Part shown: one piece after another, positions 40,409 through 49,869 of the stretch | How the letters are laid out: each line of letters opens with the position of its first letter | How positions within the stretch are numbered: the first letter of the stretch is position 1 | Source of the DNA: a virus | Length of the DNA: 64,000 nucleotides | Direction: 5' to 3' (one strand) | Virus record (IMG/VR): IMGVR_UViG_3300032313_001465 | Coordinates: 84,582-148,581 of that record | The notes under the pieces: generated by a model | Told to the model about the DNA's origin: nothing | What the model saw: only the letters and a program-made list of their open reading frames with translations | Databases searched by the model: none | Position numbers and translations under genes: made by a program

Positions 40409-41107
40409 ATGTCTGATTATAACAAATCTAAAGAAGCACAAGAAGTTTTTAAAAATAAAACTAAACCAAAAACTCCAATTAAATTCGGAATTTCATTAAA
40501 TGAAGAACAAAAAGAGGGCAAAAAAATTATTCTAGATAATACCATATCTGTACTTAAGGGTAAAGCAGGTTCTGGAAAAACTCTTACAGCAATTCAAATA
40601 GGTTTAGATTTATTATTTCAAAAAGAAATAGACAAAATAATAATAGCTAGACCCTATATTACTGCTGGAGAAGATATAGGATTTTTACCTGGAGGGGTGG
40701 ATGAAAAATTAGCATACTTAACAGCTCCTATATATAATATTATGCATGATCTAATTGGTATCCAGAAAACAGAGAGTTTAGTAGCAGAAGGAAAAATCAT
40801 AATAGCACCATTTGGGTTTCTTAGAGGAAATACATTTTCATCTTGTTATGTTATAATAGATGAGGCCCAAAATGCAACTCACGGTCAAATAGAGTTAATG
40901 TTAGGGAGACTAGGATTAAATAGTAAAATGATATTTTGTGGTGATATGTCTCAATGTGACCTAAAAGACAAAAAATCTTCAGGATTTGATTTCTTTTCAA
41001 GACTAGAAACTAATGTAGATCAAATCAAAATCATAAGTTTAAAACAAAACCATAGACATCCAATAGTAGATAAAATATTAGATGTGTATAATGAATATAG
41101 AAATTAA
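40409..41107 (+). CDS. phoH: PhoH-like ATPase
   Basis: GKAGSGKT, IGFLPG, LRGNTF, IDEAQN, GDMSQCD, HRHP. Confidence 0.92.
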   Translation: MSDYNKSKEAQEVFKNKTKPKTPIKFGISLNEEQKEGKKIILDNTISVLKGKAGSGKTLTAIQIGLDLLFQKEIDKIIIARPYITAGEDIGFLPGGVDEKLAYLTAPIYNIMHDLIGIQKTESLVAEGKIIIAPFGFLRGNTFSSCYVIIDEAQNATHGQIELMLGRLGLNSKMIFCGDMSQCDLKDKKSSGFDFFSRLETNVDQIKIISLKQNHRHPIVDKILDVYNEYRN

Positions 41108-41143
41108 ATTTTATAATATTTATAACGAACCAATAAACAAACA

Positions 41144-41530
41144 ATGGGCGCAGGTAGGTATTCATTCACAATTGAACAAGGTTCAACATTAAATTTTGAA
41201 TTACAGTATAAAAACGCAACAGGTAGTGCCATAAACTTATCAGGATATAGTGGTAAAATGCAAATTAAATCAAATTATGCCGATAATTCTCCTACAATAT
41301 ATCTTACATTAAGTAGTTCCCTTCAAGCAGATGGAACAGGACTAAATTTCAGCGGATCTAACGGCTCTACTCCAACGGCTTCAGGTTCTATTGGGGTATT
41401 TATATCAGCTGCTACTTCGTCGTTACTTATGTTTGATACCGCTTTATACGATTTAGAAATTACATCAGGTAGTATAGTAACAAGAATTTTAGAAGGACAA
41501 GTAAAATTATCAAAAGAAGTAACTAGATAA
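41144..41530 (+). CDS. Virion structural protein
   Basis: IEQGST...NLSGYSGKMQIK...YDLEI...RILEG...EVTR, a pattern common in phage fiber/baseplate adaptors. Confidence 0.55.
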   Translation: MGAGRYSFTIEQGSTLNFELQYKNATGSAINLSGYSGKMQIKSNYADNSPTIYLTLSSSLQADGTGLNFSGSNGSTPTASGSIGVFISAATSSLLMFDTALYDLEITSGSIVTRILEGQVKLSKEVTR

Positions 41531-43587
41531 TGGCAGATTGTGCAAAACCAATAAATATTATTCCAAATAATAATACTGTTAAGATAGTAAATACTAATAA
41601 TACTATCAAGATAATAGATAATGATTGCTGTAAAACGGTTAGTGTTGAACAGCCCATTACTAGCGTCGTTCAGGTATTAACTGGTCCATTAGGTTTACCA
41701 GGAAACACGGGACCTTCAGGATCGCAAGGTCCTTCTGGTTCACAGGGACCTTCCGGTTCACAAGGACCTTCAGGATCGCAAGGTCCTTCCGGTTCACAAG
41801 GACCTTCAGGATCGCAAGGACCTTCTGGTTCACAGGGGCCTTCCGGTTCACAAGGTATCCAAGGTCCTTCCGGTTCACAGGGACCTTCCGGTTCACAAGG
41901 ACCTTCCGGTTCACAAGGTATCCAAGGTCCTTCCGGTTCATCTGCTCCATTTATATTTGTTGGGGGAAATGTTTGGAACACAACAAGTAGTATTGAAATT
42001 ACAGGCTCATTTACAGTTTCAGGATCTTCTACTTTTACAAATATAGGACCTGCTATTTTTAGTGGTAGCGTAACATCAACACAAGGATTTACAGGTTCAT
42101 TGCTTGGAACTTCTAGCTATGCATTAACAGCTTCATACGTTGAAAATGCACAAAGTGCATCTTATGTTTTAAATGCAGTATCAAGTTCTTTTGCAATTAC
42201 CGCATCATATGCTTTAAATGGAGGAGTAACACAATTACTAGCAGGACCAAATGTATTATTATCACCAACCAATGGTTTAGGACAAGTTACAATCTCATCA
42301 ACTAGTGGCGGAGGTGGATTTAACACAGCGACAGGATCATATGGGTCATTTTACTCTACTCAAACTCAAACCAATGTTGCTGGTACTGCTCGTTCAATGT
42401 CTCTTAATACAACAGACATTACAAACGGAGTATCTATCTCAGGATCAACAAATCCATATAACACATATATTAAAGTAGAAAATGCCGGTGTATATGATAT
42501 ACAATTTTCTGCTCAAGTAGATAAAAGCGATGCTGGAGCAGACGAGATATGGATATGGCTTAGAAAAAATGGAACAAATTTAACAGATACTGCAACCTCG
42601 ATAAAATTAACTGGTAATGCGGATCATCAAGTAGCAGCATGGAATTTCTTTGCTAATGCAGCTGCAAATGATTACTTTCAATTAATGTGGTATTCACCAG
42701 ACGCAAATGTTCGTTTACATGCAGAACCTGCATTCGGAGTAGTACCAGGTATTCCTTCTTTAATAGTAACAGTAAATAGAGTAGATCAATTTTTAAGTAA
42801 TACCGGATCATTTAGTGGATCGTTTGTTGGGATTGCAACTACTGCATCATTTGCTCAAACCGCTTCATACGTCCAAAATGCACAAAGTGCATCTTATGTT
42901 TTAAATGCAGTATCAAGTTCTTTTGCAATTACCGCATCATATATTCAGTTTGAAGGAAAACCTTTATCTCCTGGGTATCCCAATAACTACATACTTCCAG
43001 TTCGAACTTCAACTGGAATAATAAGCTTAGCAGCAGGTAATTTATTAGATTCTCCCGCTAACATAAGATACTATCCTATCCAACTATCAAGAGATACTTT
43101 GGTATCATCTATTGGAGCACTTGTAAGAGGAACTTTATCAACTACCACAGGTTCATATAGATTAGGAATTTACAATAGTACTGAAGCATCTTCATCATTA
43201 TTACAAGGAGCTACTGCACTTCCCGGAACGTTATTAGGAGATTATGGTGTAGTCCGTCAAATAGGAGTAGCACAAGCATTTGTTGAAATATTATTTGCAC
43301 CTGCAAATAGACCAACCTTAAAAAAAGGAGAAATATACTGGTTAGCAATCTCACCTTCAGGAAGCACAACAACCGCAGTAAATCCAACTAATGGTACTGT
43401 ATGGAATGATTATTTTGGCGCAACACCATCTGCTACTACTATAGCATCATACCTAGGGCTAGGTGTTACAGCGGATGCAGGGGCTGGATTTCCCAACCCT
43501 GCTAATATTACTTCATCCTTAACTTTAATAACCACTACCAATAGTAGACCTTTCCCAATGTTGAAGGTAACAGGTTCAATAGCATAA
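41530..43587 (+). CDS. Collagen-like fiber protein
   Basis: (GPSGSQ)n, TASY/ASY repeats, globular beta domains. Confidence 0.75.
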   Translation: MADCAKPINIIPNNNTVKIVNTNNTIKIIDNDCCKTVSVEQPITSVVQVLTGPLGLPGNTGPSGSQGPSGSQGPSGSQGPSGSQGPSGSQGPSGSQGPSGSQGPSGSQGIQGPSGSQGPSGSQGPSGSQGIQGPSGSSAPFIFVGGNVWNTTSSIEITGSFTVSGSSTFTNIGPAIFSGSVTSTQGFTGSLLGTSSYALTASYVENAQSASYVLNAVSSSFAITASYALNGGVTQLLAGPNVLLSPTNGLGQVTISSTSGGGGFNTATGSYGSFYSTQTQTNVAGTARSMSLNTTDITNGVSISGSTNPYNTYIKVENAGVYDIQFSAQVDKSDAGADEIWIWLRKNGTNLTDTATSIKLTGNADHQVAAWNFFANAAANDYFQLMWYSPDANVRLHAEPAFGVVPGIPSLIVTVNRVDQFLSNTGSFSGSFVGIATTASFAQTASYVQNAQSASYVLNAVSSSFAITASYIQFEGKPLSPGYPNNYILPVRTSTGIISLAAGNLLDSPANIRYYPIQLSRDTLVSSIGALVRGTLSTTTGSYRLGIYNSTEASSSLLQGATALPGTLLGDYGVVRQIGVAQAFVEILFAPANRPTLKKGEIYWLAISPSGSTTTAVNPTNGTVWNDYFGATPSATTIASYLGLGVTADAGAGFPNPANITSSLTLITTTNSRPFPMLKVTGSIA
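41710..41940 (+). repeat. 18-bp tandem repeat encoding GPSGSQ collagen units
   Basis: 8 + 3 complete units interrupted by GIQ. Confidence 0.9.
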
Positions 43588-43598
43588 AATAATTAATA

Positions 43599-43802
43599 AT
43601 GGCAATACATAGAGTAATACAAAGAGTAGAAAATGAACAAGGCCAACCTATTTTAGATAAAGATGGTAGAGAGCAATATATAACTTTAAGTGAAACTATA
43701 ACTGAAGATATTCCTGAAGTTCAACCTACAATTGATATTAATAACTTAACTACCGATCAATTAATAGAACTAAAAAAGAAATTAGACAGTTTATCTTTAT
43801 AA
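43599..43802 (+). CDS. Small protein, possible fiber chaperone
   Basis: Follows the fiber gene; short coiled-coil end. Confidence 0.4.
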   Translation: MAIHRVIQRVENEQGQPILDKDGREQYITLSETITEDIPEVQPTIDINNLTTDQLIELKKKLDSLSL

Positions 43803-43814
43803 TATTTATAATAA
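43802..43814 (+). promoter_or_regulatory. ATATTTATAATAA putative late promoter
   Basis: Upstream of the neck gene. Confidence 0.6.
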
Positions 43815-43826
43815 ACATACAAATTC

Positions 43827-44972
43827 ATGAACATTCCAATATATCCTGGTTCCTCATCATTTTTTCCTGGTAATACTCCATTTGGATTTTATGATTTAGA
43901 CTACCAATTCCAGGTAGATGCTGATAAAGTAACATTATTCTGTGCTAGAAGATTAGGATACCCAATTATAGATATTGAGTTACAAGATATAAACTTTTAT
44001 GCTGCATTCGAAGAAGCAGTTACTACTTATGGTAATGAATTATATGCATTTAGAGTTAGAGATAATTACTTAACTTTAGAAGGAGCATCTACAAGTACTA
44101 CTATTAATGATGCTATTATAACTCCAAATTTAGGAAATCTAATTAAAATATCTGAAATGTATGCTGCAGAAGCAGGAGCAGGTGGTAATGTTCCTTGGTA
44201 CAAATCAGCAATATCAGCATCATCTGGAGTTCAAGATTATGACTTAAATGAATGGGCAATTTCTCAAAGTTATAGTAATAACGATATTGAGATTAAAAGA
44301 ATATTTTGGGAACAATCTCCAGCAATTGTTAGATTCTTTGACCCATATGCAGGTACAGGTACTGGTATGATTAACTTAATGGATTCATTTGGATGGGGAG
44401 GATACAGTCCAGCTATTAACTTCCTAATAATGCCTTTAAGTTATGACTTACAAAAAATACAGGCTATTGAAATGAACGATATGGTCCGTAAATCTAACTT
44501 CTCATTTGAAATGCATAATAATGTGTTAAGAATATTCCCCATTCCTAGAAATGATGGTAAAATTTGGTTTGAATATATTCTTAAATCCGAAAGAACAGCA
44601 GGTTCAATTGATGCGAATAGTGGAGGTAATGTAAGTAATGTATCAAACGTTCCTTATACTAACCCAACATACTCAGAAATAAACTCAATAGGAAGGCAAT
44701 GGATATTTGAATATACTTTAGCATTAGTTAAAGAAATATTAGGATATGTTAGAGGAAAATACACTAATATTCCTATACCAAATGATAATTTAACTTTAAA
44801 TTATGGAGATTTAGTAACAGCAGCAACATCAGAAAAAATAGCGTTGATTGAAAAATTAAGATTATTTTTTGATGATACATCAAGACAAAAACTCTTGGAA
44901 AGAAGAGGAGCCGAAAGTGATGCTATGCAAACTGAATTAAATAAGATTCCATTCGTAATTTATATAGCTTAA
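43827..44972 (+). CDS. Neck/head-tail adaptor protein (gp13-like)
   Basis: RRLGYPIIDIEL; WIFEYTLALVKEILGYVRGKY...IP...LN. Confidence 0.75.
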   Translation: MNIPIYPGSSSFFPGNTPFGFYDLDYQFQVDADKVTLFCARRLGYPIIDIELQDINFYAAFEEAVTTYGNELYAFRVRDNYLTLEGASTSTTINDAIITPNLGNLIKISEMYAAEAGAGGNVPWYKSAISASSGVQDYDLNEWAISQSYSNNDIEIKRIFWEQSPAIVRFFDPYAGTGTGMINLMDSFGWGGYSPAINFLIMPLSYDLQKIQAIEMNDMVRKSNFSFEMHNNVLRIFPIPRNDGKIWFEYILKSERTAGSIDANSGGNVSNVSNVPYTNPTYSEINSIGRQWIFEYTLALVKEILGYVRGKYTNIPIPNDNLTLNYGDLVTAATSEKIALIEKLRLFFDDTSRQKLLERRGAESDAMQTELNKIPFVIYIA

Positions 44973-44982
44973 TAAATAAATC

Positions 44983-45492
44983 ATGGCATTATTTGGATCT
45001 AGTCGAGACGTGTCTTTAGTAAGGCATTTAAATAAAGAATTATTACATAATGTAATAAATCAACAGTGTGCCTTTTATAAGTACGAACTTGAAAAAACAA
45101 ATACTAATATATATGGAGAATCAGCAGGCGGGAAGTATTATTCTGGACCTATATTATTTAACTCATTAATTAACATTGGAGACAATACAAGTCCAACAAA
45201 TGATTTTGGAGTAGATTTTGATTGGAGTATTACAGTAGCATTATTAAGAGATGATTTAGTAGAAGCGAATGTCCATCCTGAAGTAGGGGATATTATATTA
45301 TATCAAGAAAGTTATTTTGAAATAGATAATACAGTTTTTACGCAATTTTGGGCTGGTAAAGATCCTGATTATCCTTATGAAAACAATCCTTTAAATCCCG
45401 GATTATCCGAATTTGGATATAATGTTTCAGTAGTATGTTTTTGTCATTATGTTCCCGAAGACAGAATTGGGATTTCTAGAACCAGATTATAA
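44983..45492 (+). CDS. Neck/head-closure protein (gp14-like)
   Basis: NIYGES, PEVGDIILY...FEI; position. Confidence 0.6.
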   Translation: MALFGSSRDVSLVRHLNKELLHNVINQQCAFYKYELEKTNTNIYGESAGGKYYSGPILFNSLINIGDNTSPTNDFGVDFDWSITVALLRDDLVEANVHPEVGDIILYQESYFEIDNTVFTQFWAGKDPDYPYENNPLNPGLSEFGYNVSVVCFCHYVPEDRIGISRTRL

Positions 45493-45505
45493 TATTTATA
45501 ATAAA

Positions 45506-46129
45506 ATGAAAATAACTTATATTTATTATCTATGTAAGGGAGATGGAATACCTATATATGTTGGGAAAACTAAAAATTCACCAAACCTAAGATTAAATGA
45601 TCATCATTTTAAAAAAGAAAAAGAATTAAAAATAGAAATTATAGATGAAGTTCCCACTTCTGAATGGGAATTTTGGGAAAAACACTATATAAGTTTATTT
45701 AAAAGTTGGGGGTTTGAGTTAATTAATAAAAATATAGGAGGAGGTGGTCCTCAAGGAGGATATTTTTTAACTCAAGATATTAAAGATAAAATAGGCAAAT
45801 CTAATTCTAAACTTAAACCTAAAGGATTCGGGGATAAACTAAGTAAAATAAAAATGGGCACTCCTCTACCATTAGGGACTGGAGATAAAATAGGAAAAAG
45901 TAAAACAAACCATAAGTGTTATAGTGATCCTAAACGAGGAGAAAAAATTAGAGAGTCTAAAAATAAACCTGTCCTTCAATATGATTTAAATGATAATTTT
46001 ATTAAAGAATTTGAAAGTGGACAACAGGCATCTAAACATACACTAATAGATGCTAGAGGTATATCATTATGTTGTAGAAATAAAGGAAAAAAAGCAGGTG
46101 GATTTAAATGGAAATTTAAATATTTATAA
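45506..46129 (+). CDS. GIY-YIG homing endonuclease with NUMOD1, paralog of 20290
   Basis: Start reassigned to MKITYIYYL...YVGKT; VLQYDLNDNFIKEF...AGGFKW. Confidence 0.8.
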   Translation: MKITYIYYLCKGDGIPIYVGKTKNSPNLRLNDHHFKKEKELKIEIIDEVPTSEWEFWEKHYISLFKSWGFELINKNIGGGGPQGGYFLTQDIKDKIGKSNSKLKPKGFGDKLSKIKMGTPLPLGTGDKIGKSKTNHKCYSDPKRGEKIRESKNKPVLQYDLNDNFIKEFESGQQASKHTLIDARGISLCCRNKGKKAGGFKWKFKYL

Positions 46130-46135
46130 TAAAAA

Positions 46136-46996
46136 ATGGCTAGAAAAAATAACCCAACACCTAAAACACAAAAAGAAATATCTATTTCTTTACAGACTCC
46201 TACTGAACAAAGAGGAGTGGGTTTTCAGCCTGTGGGAAATCCAAATGATGTAGTTGTTCCTAATAGAGCACAACAAACTTCATTTGATGGAGATGATGTA
46301 AAACCATTTAGTATTGGTATTCAAGATATTGATGAAGCGGTAATGTATTATTTTAAAAATGTTATTCAACCATTTGTAATTCAAAATGGAGAAAGATTAG
46401 CAGTTCCCATAATTTATGGTTCTCCTGAAAAATGGAAATCATTTCAAAAAGATGGATATTATAGAGATGTTCAAGGTAGGATAATGGCACCTATGATAAT
46501 GTTTAAATTAGATTCAATTTCTAAGAATAGAACTATAGCAAATAAATTAGATGCTAATATGCCTAACAATTTTGGAGTATTTACTAAAAAGTATTCTCAA
46601 AAAAACACGTACGACCAATTCTCAGTTCTAAATAATGTTGTTCCTGAACAAACATTTTATGCTACAGTTATGCCCGATTATTTAACAGTAACTTATTCAT
46701 GCGCTGTAATGACTTATTATGTAGAACAGTTAAATAAAATTATAGAAGCAGTAGAATACGCTTCTGATTCATATTGGGGAGATCCTGAAAAATTCAAATT
46801 CCAAGCAAGAATAGATTCATTTGATAGAATACATGAATTATCAGATGATAAAGAAAGAGTAGTAAAAACCACATTTAGTATTAAATTAAATGGACATATA
46901 GTTCCGGATGTTCCTCAGAAAGATATAAATGCAATAAAAAAGTTTACTAATAAATCAAAATTAGTATTCACAACCGAAGTAGTAAATAAAATCTAA
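46136..46996 (+). CDS. Tail terminator/sheath stabilizer (gp15-like)
   Basis: VPIIYGSPEKW, APMIMF, QLNKIIE; position before the sheath gene. Confidence 0.65.
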   Translation: MARKNNPTPKTQKEISISLQTPTEQRGVGFQPVGNPNDVVVPNRAQQTSFDGDDVKPFSIGIQDIDEAVMYYFKNVIQPFVIQNGERLAVPIIYGSPEKWKSFQKDGYYRDVQGRIMAPMIMFKLDSISKNRTIANKLDANMPNNFGVFTKKYSQKNTYDQFSVLNNVVPEQTFYATVMPDYLTVTYSCAVMTYYVEQLNKIIEAVEYASDSYWGDPEKFKFQARIDSFDRIHELSDDKERVVKTTFSIKLNGHIVPDVPQKDINAIKKFTNKSKLVFTTEVVNKI

Positions 46997-47009
46997 ATAA
47001 ATAATAGTT

Positions 47010-47261
47010 ATGGAAACTAAACAATTAACACCCGAAGAAATACAAACCATTAAAACCATTAGACAAGAAAGATCAAAAATAACTGATGAATTTGGTGATA
47101 TTGAAATTCTTATTCAAGAATATGAAATAATTAAGCAAGACTTAATAGAACAATTATCATCTCTTAAAAAAAGAGAAGTAAAAGTAGGCCAAGAATTGCA
47201 AGAAAAATACGGAGATGGAGTTATAAATATAGAAAAGGGAGAATTTGTTAGTAATATTTAA
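47010..47261 (+). CDS. Small coiled-coil protein
   Basis: ...LQEKYGDGVINIEKGEF. Confidence 0.55.
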   Translation: METKQLTPEEIQTIKTIRQERSKITDEFGDIEILIQEYEIIKQDLIEQLSSLKKREVKVGQELQEKYGDGVINIEKGEFVSNI

Positions 47262-47307
47262 CTTTAACAAAAACTTGTCATATTTATATTAAAACATAAT
47301 ATAAAAC

Positions 47308-49035
47308 ATGGCAACAACCCTAATTTCTCCAGGTGTACTTTCTATTGAGAATGATGCATCACAAATAAGTCAACAACCAGTTACTGTAGGTGCCGCTATT
47401 ATAGGTCCAACAGTAAAAGGTCCTTTAGAAATCCCTACAGTAGTAACATCATATAGTGACTACCAAAATAAATTTGGTACCACATTTGTAAGTGGTAGTG
47501 ATGTTTATACTTATTTTACATCAATTGCAGCTTATAATTATTTTAACAATGGTGGTGAATCATTATTAGTAGCAAGAGTAGCAAGTGCAAGTAGCGCTTG
47601 GACCTTTGCAACTACAGCAACTGCTTCAGCAGGTAATAGTGCTATTAAGAGCATTATTGGAAACAATGAAGTATTTGTTCTTGAAACATTATCTAAAGGT
47701 ACTATTATGAATTCTTCAAGTAGTATAGATGCTTCAGGAGCACTTGATAGTGGATCTACTGATAACGTTAGATGGGAAATTGTAAATTCTAATACAAGTT
47801 CAGGTACATTTAATTTATTAGTTAGAAGAGGAAATGATAATACATTAACTCCAACAATTTTAGAAACATGGACTAACTTATCATTAGATCCATTTTCTCC
47901 AAATTATATTTCAAGTGTAATTGGTGATTACACATATGCATATAATTCAACTAAAAACCAGATTGAATTAACAGGTTCATATCCAAATGCATCAAGATAC
48001 GTAAGAGTAAAATCAGTTCTTTTAACAACACCAAACTATTTTGACAACTCAGGAGCTCCAAAGGCAGCATTTACAGGTTCAATCCCAGCAATAGCTAGTG
48101 GTTCATTTAGTGGAGGAGTAGGAGCATTATTTGGGGCAGCAGCCGCTAAATATTATGATACTATATCAAATCAAACTCAAGGTTTAACAGGAAGTGATTA
48201 TAATAACATGATTAATTTATTATCTAATACTGATGATTATAAATTTAACTTATTATTAACTCCTGGTTTATGTGATTCTCTTCATACCACACAATGTACT
48301 TCAATTATTAGTAATACAGCAAATAGAGGTGATAACTTATTTGTTCTAGATTTAGTTCCATATAATTCAACAACAACAGCAGTTACTGGACAAGCAGCAA
48401 CAAGAAACAACTCATATGCAGCTTCATATTGGCCTTGGGTTCAAACACAAGATCCTGATTCAGGTAGAAATGTTTGGGTCCCAGCTTCAACTTTAATGGC
48501 TGGTGTATTCGCATATAATGATAAAGTAGCAGAACCTTGGTTCGCACCTGCCGGCATTAATAGAGGAGGTTTGACAAGTGTAATTAGAGCAGAACAAAAA
48601 TTAACTCAATCAGATAGAGATACATTATACCAAGGTAAAGTAAACCCAATAGCAACTTTCCCAGGTCAAGGAGTAGTAGCATATGGTCAGAAAACATTAC
48701 AAACTCAAGCATCTGCTTTAGATAGAGTAAATGTTAGAAGATTATTAATTTCACTAAAATCATATATTGGTCAAACAGCAAACGCTTTAGTATTTGAACA
48801 AAACACATTAGCAACAAGAAACCAATTCTTAGCCCAAGTAAATCCATATTTACAGTCAGTACAACAAAGACAAGGTTTATATGCATTTAAAGTGGTAATG
48901 GATGAAAGTAATAATACCGCTGATGTGATCGATAGAAACCAATTAGTCGGAGCAATTTATATTCAACCTACTAGAACAGCTGAATTTATATATTTGAACT
49001 TTAACATTATGCCTACAGGAACTTCTTTCTCTTAA
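47308..49035 (+). CDS. Tail sheath protein (gp18-like)
   Basis: ISPGV, YWPW, PWFAPAGINRG, DRVNVRRLL, QPTRTAEFI. Confidence 0.95.
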   Translation: MATTLISPGVLSIENDASQISQQPVTVGAAIIGPTVKGPLEIPTVVTSYSDYQNKFGTTFVSGSDVYTYFTSIAAYNYFNNGGESLLVARVASASSAWTFATTATASAGNSAIKSIIGNNEVFVLETLSKGTIMNSSSSIDASGALDSGSTDNVRWEIVNSNTSSGTFNLLVRRGNDNTLTPTILETWTNLSLDPFSPNYISSVIGDYTYAYNSTKNQIELTGSYPNASRYVRVKSVLLTTPNYFDNSGAPKAAFTGSIPAIASGSFSGGVGALFGAAAAKYYDTISNQTQGLTGSDYNNMINLLSNTDDYKFNLLLTPGLCDSLHTTQCTSIISNTANRGDNLFVLDLVPYNSTTTAVTGQAATRNNSYAASYWPWVQTQDPDSGRNVWVPASTLMAGVFAYNDKVAEPWFAPAGINRGGLTSVIRAEQKLTQSDRDTLYQGKVNPIATFPGQGVVAYGQKTLQTQASALDRVNVRRLLISLKSYIGQTANALVFEQNTLATRNQFLAQVNPYLQSVQQRQGLYAFKVVMDESNNTADVIDRNQLVGAIYIQPTRTAEFIYLNFNIMPTGTSFS

Positions 49036-49071
49036 AGGCTTTAAGTAAAATATTAAAATATTAAAATATTT

Positions 49072-49111
49072 ATCCTCTTCGTATATGTATAATAAACGAA
49101 GGGGATTTTTT
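49072..49111 (+). promoter_or_regulatory. Hairpin whose loop holds a promoter-like ATATGTATAATAA; also terminator-like
   Basis: atcctcttcgt / acgaaggggat arms (one G-U pair), then a T run and ATG 49112. Confidence 0.5.
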
Positions 49112-49819
49112 ATGGTAATATATATTACAACAAATGCAATTAATGGTAAAAAATATATAGGTAAGGATTCAAATAATAATCCTAAATATCTAGGCTCTGG
49201 TACTTTATTAAAAGATGATATAATTAAGTATGGTAGAGATAATTTCAAAAAAGAAATATTAGAGCACTGTAATACTGATGAAGAATTAATGATAAGAGAA
49301 AGTTATTGGATTAAATACTATAATGCTATATTATCTGATAAATACTATAATTTAGTAGATTTTAGTGCTGGGTGGAATTTGAATAAACTTGGGGAAGAAA
49401 AATATAATTTTATTAGAGAAAAATTATCTAAGTCTAAAATAGGCATAAAACCCAATATAAAAGATAGGGATGCTAAAAATAAAAAAATTCAAAAATCATC
49501 AAAAGGGAAAGCAAAACCTGAAGGATTTGGTGATAAAATATCTAAAACTAAACAAACCCAAAACCTTAAATATTCTCAAGAACACTGTGATAAAATATCT
49601 AAAGCCAAAACCGGAAAAAAACAACCCCAATCATTTTTAGATAAAAAATATAAACCTATATTGCAACTAGATAAAGAAAATAACATAATATGTACATTTA
49701 AAAGTATAAATGATGCGGCTAATAGTAATTTATTATTTAAAAGATCTAATATAAGCTGTTGTTTAACAGGACTTTCAAAATCTGCATATGGTTTTAAATG
49801 GATATATAAAAATAGTTAA
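49112..49819 (+). CDS. GIY-YIG homing endonuclease with NUMOD3-like and NUMOD1 repeats
   Basis: VIYITTNAINGKKYIGKD, YLGSG, RESYWI, YYNL; SAYGFKW. Start reassigned from 49085. Confidence 0.85.
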   Translation: MVIYITTNAINGKKYIGKDSNNNPKYLGSGTLLKDDIIKYGRDNFKKEILEHCNTDEELMIRESYWIKYYNAILSDKYYNLVDFSAGWNLNKLGEEKYNFIREKLSKSKIGIKPNIKDRDAKNKKIQKSSKGKAKPEGFGDKISKTKQTQNLKYSQEHCDKISKAKTGKKQPQSFLDKKYKPILQLDKENNIICTFKSINDAANSNLLFKRSNISCCLTGLSKSAYGFKWIYKNS

Positions 49820-49841
49820 TAAAAATACTTAATAAATAAAG

Positions 49842-49869
49842 AGGGAACCTATTTAGGTTCCCTTTTTTT
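49842..49869. terminator. Bidirectional intrinsic terminator
   Basis: agggaaccta/taggttccct stem flanked by A and T runs between convergent genes. Confidence 0.75.

Noticed and set aside
41660-41981. Minus-strand repetitive ORFs (CEPEGP repeats) or a CRISPR-like array
   Set aside because: They are the antisense shadow of the collagen repeat; there are no unique spacers and no cas genes.
28675-49035. Inteins or group I introns in terminase, portal, capsid or sheath genes
   Set aside because: The ORFs are continuous, of normal size and lack splice motifs; the endonuclease genes lie between complete genes.
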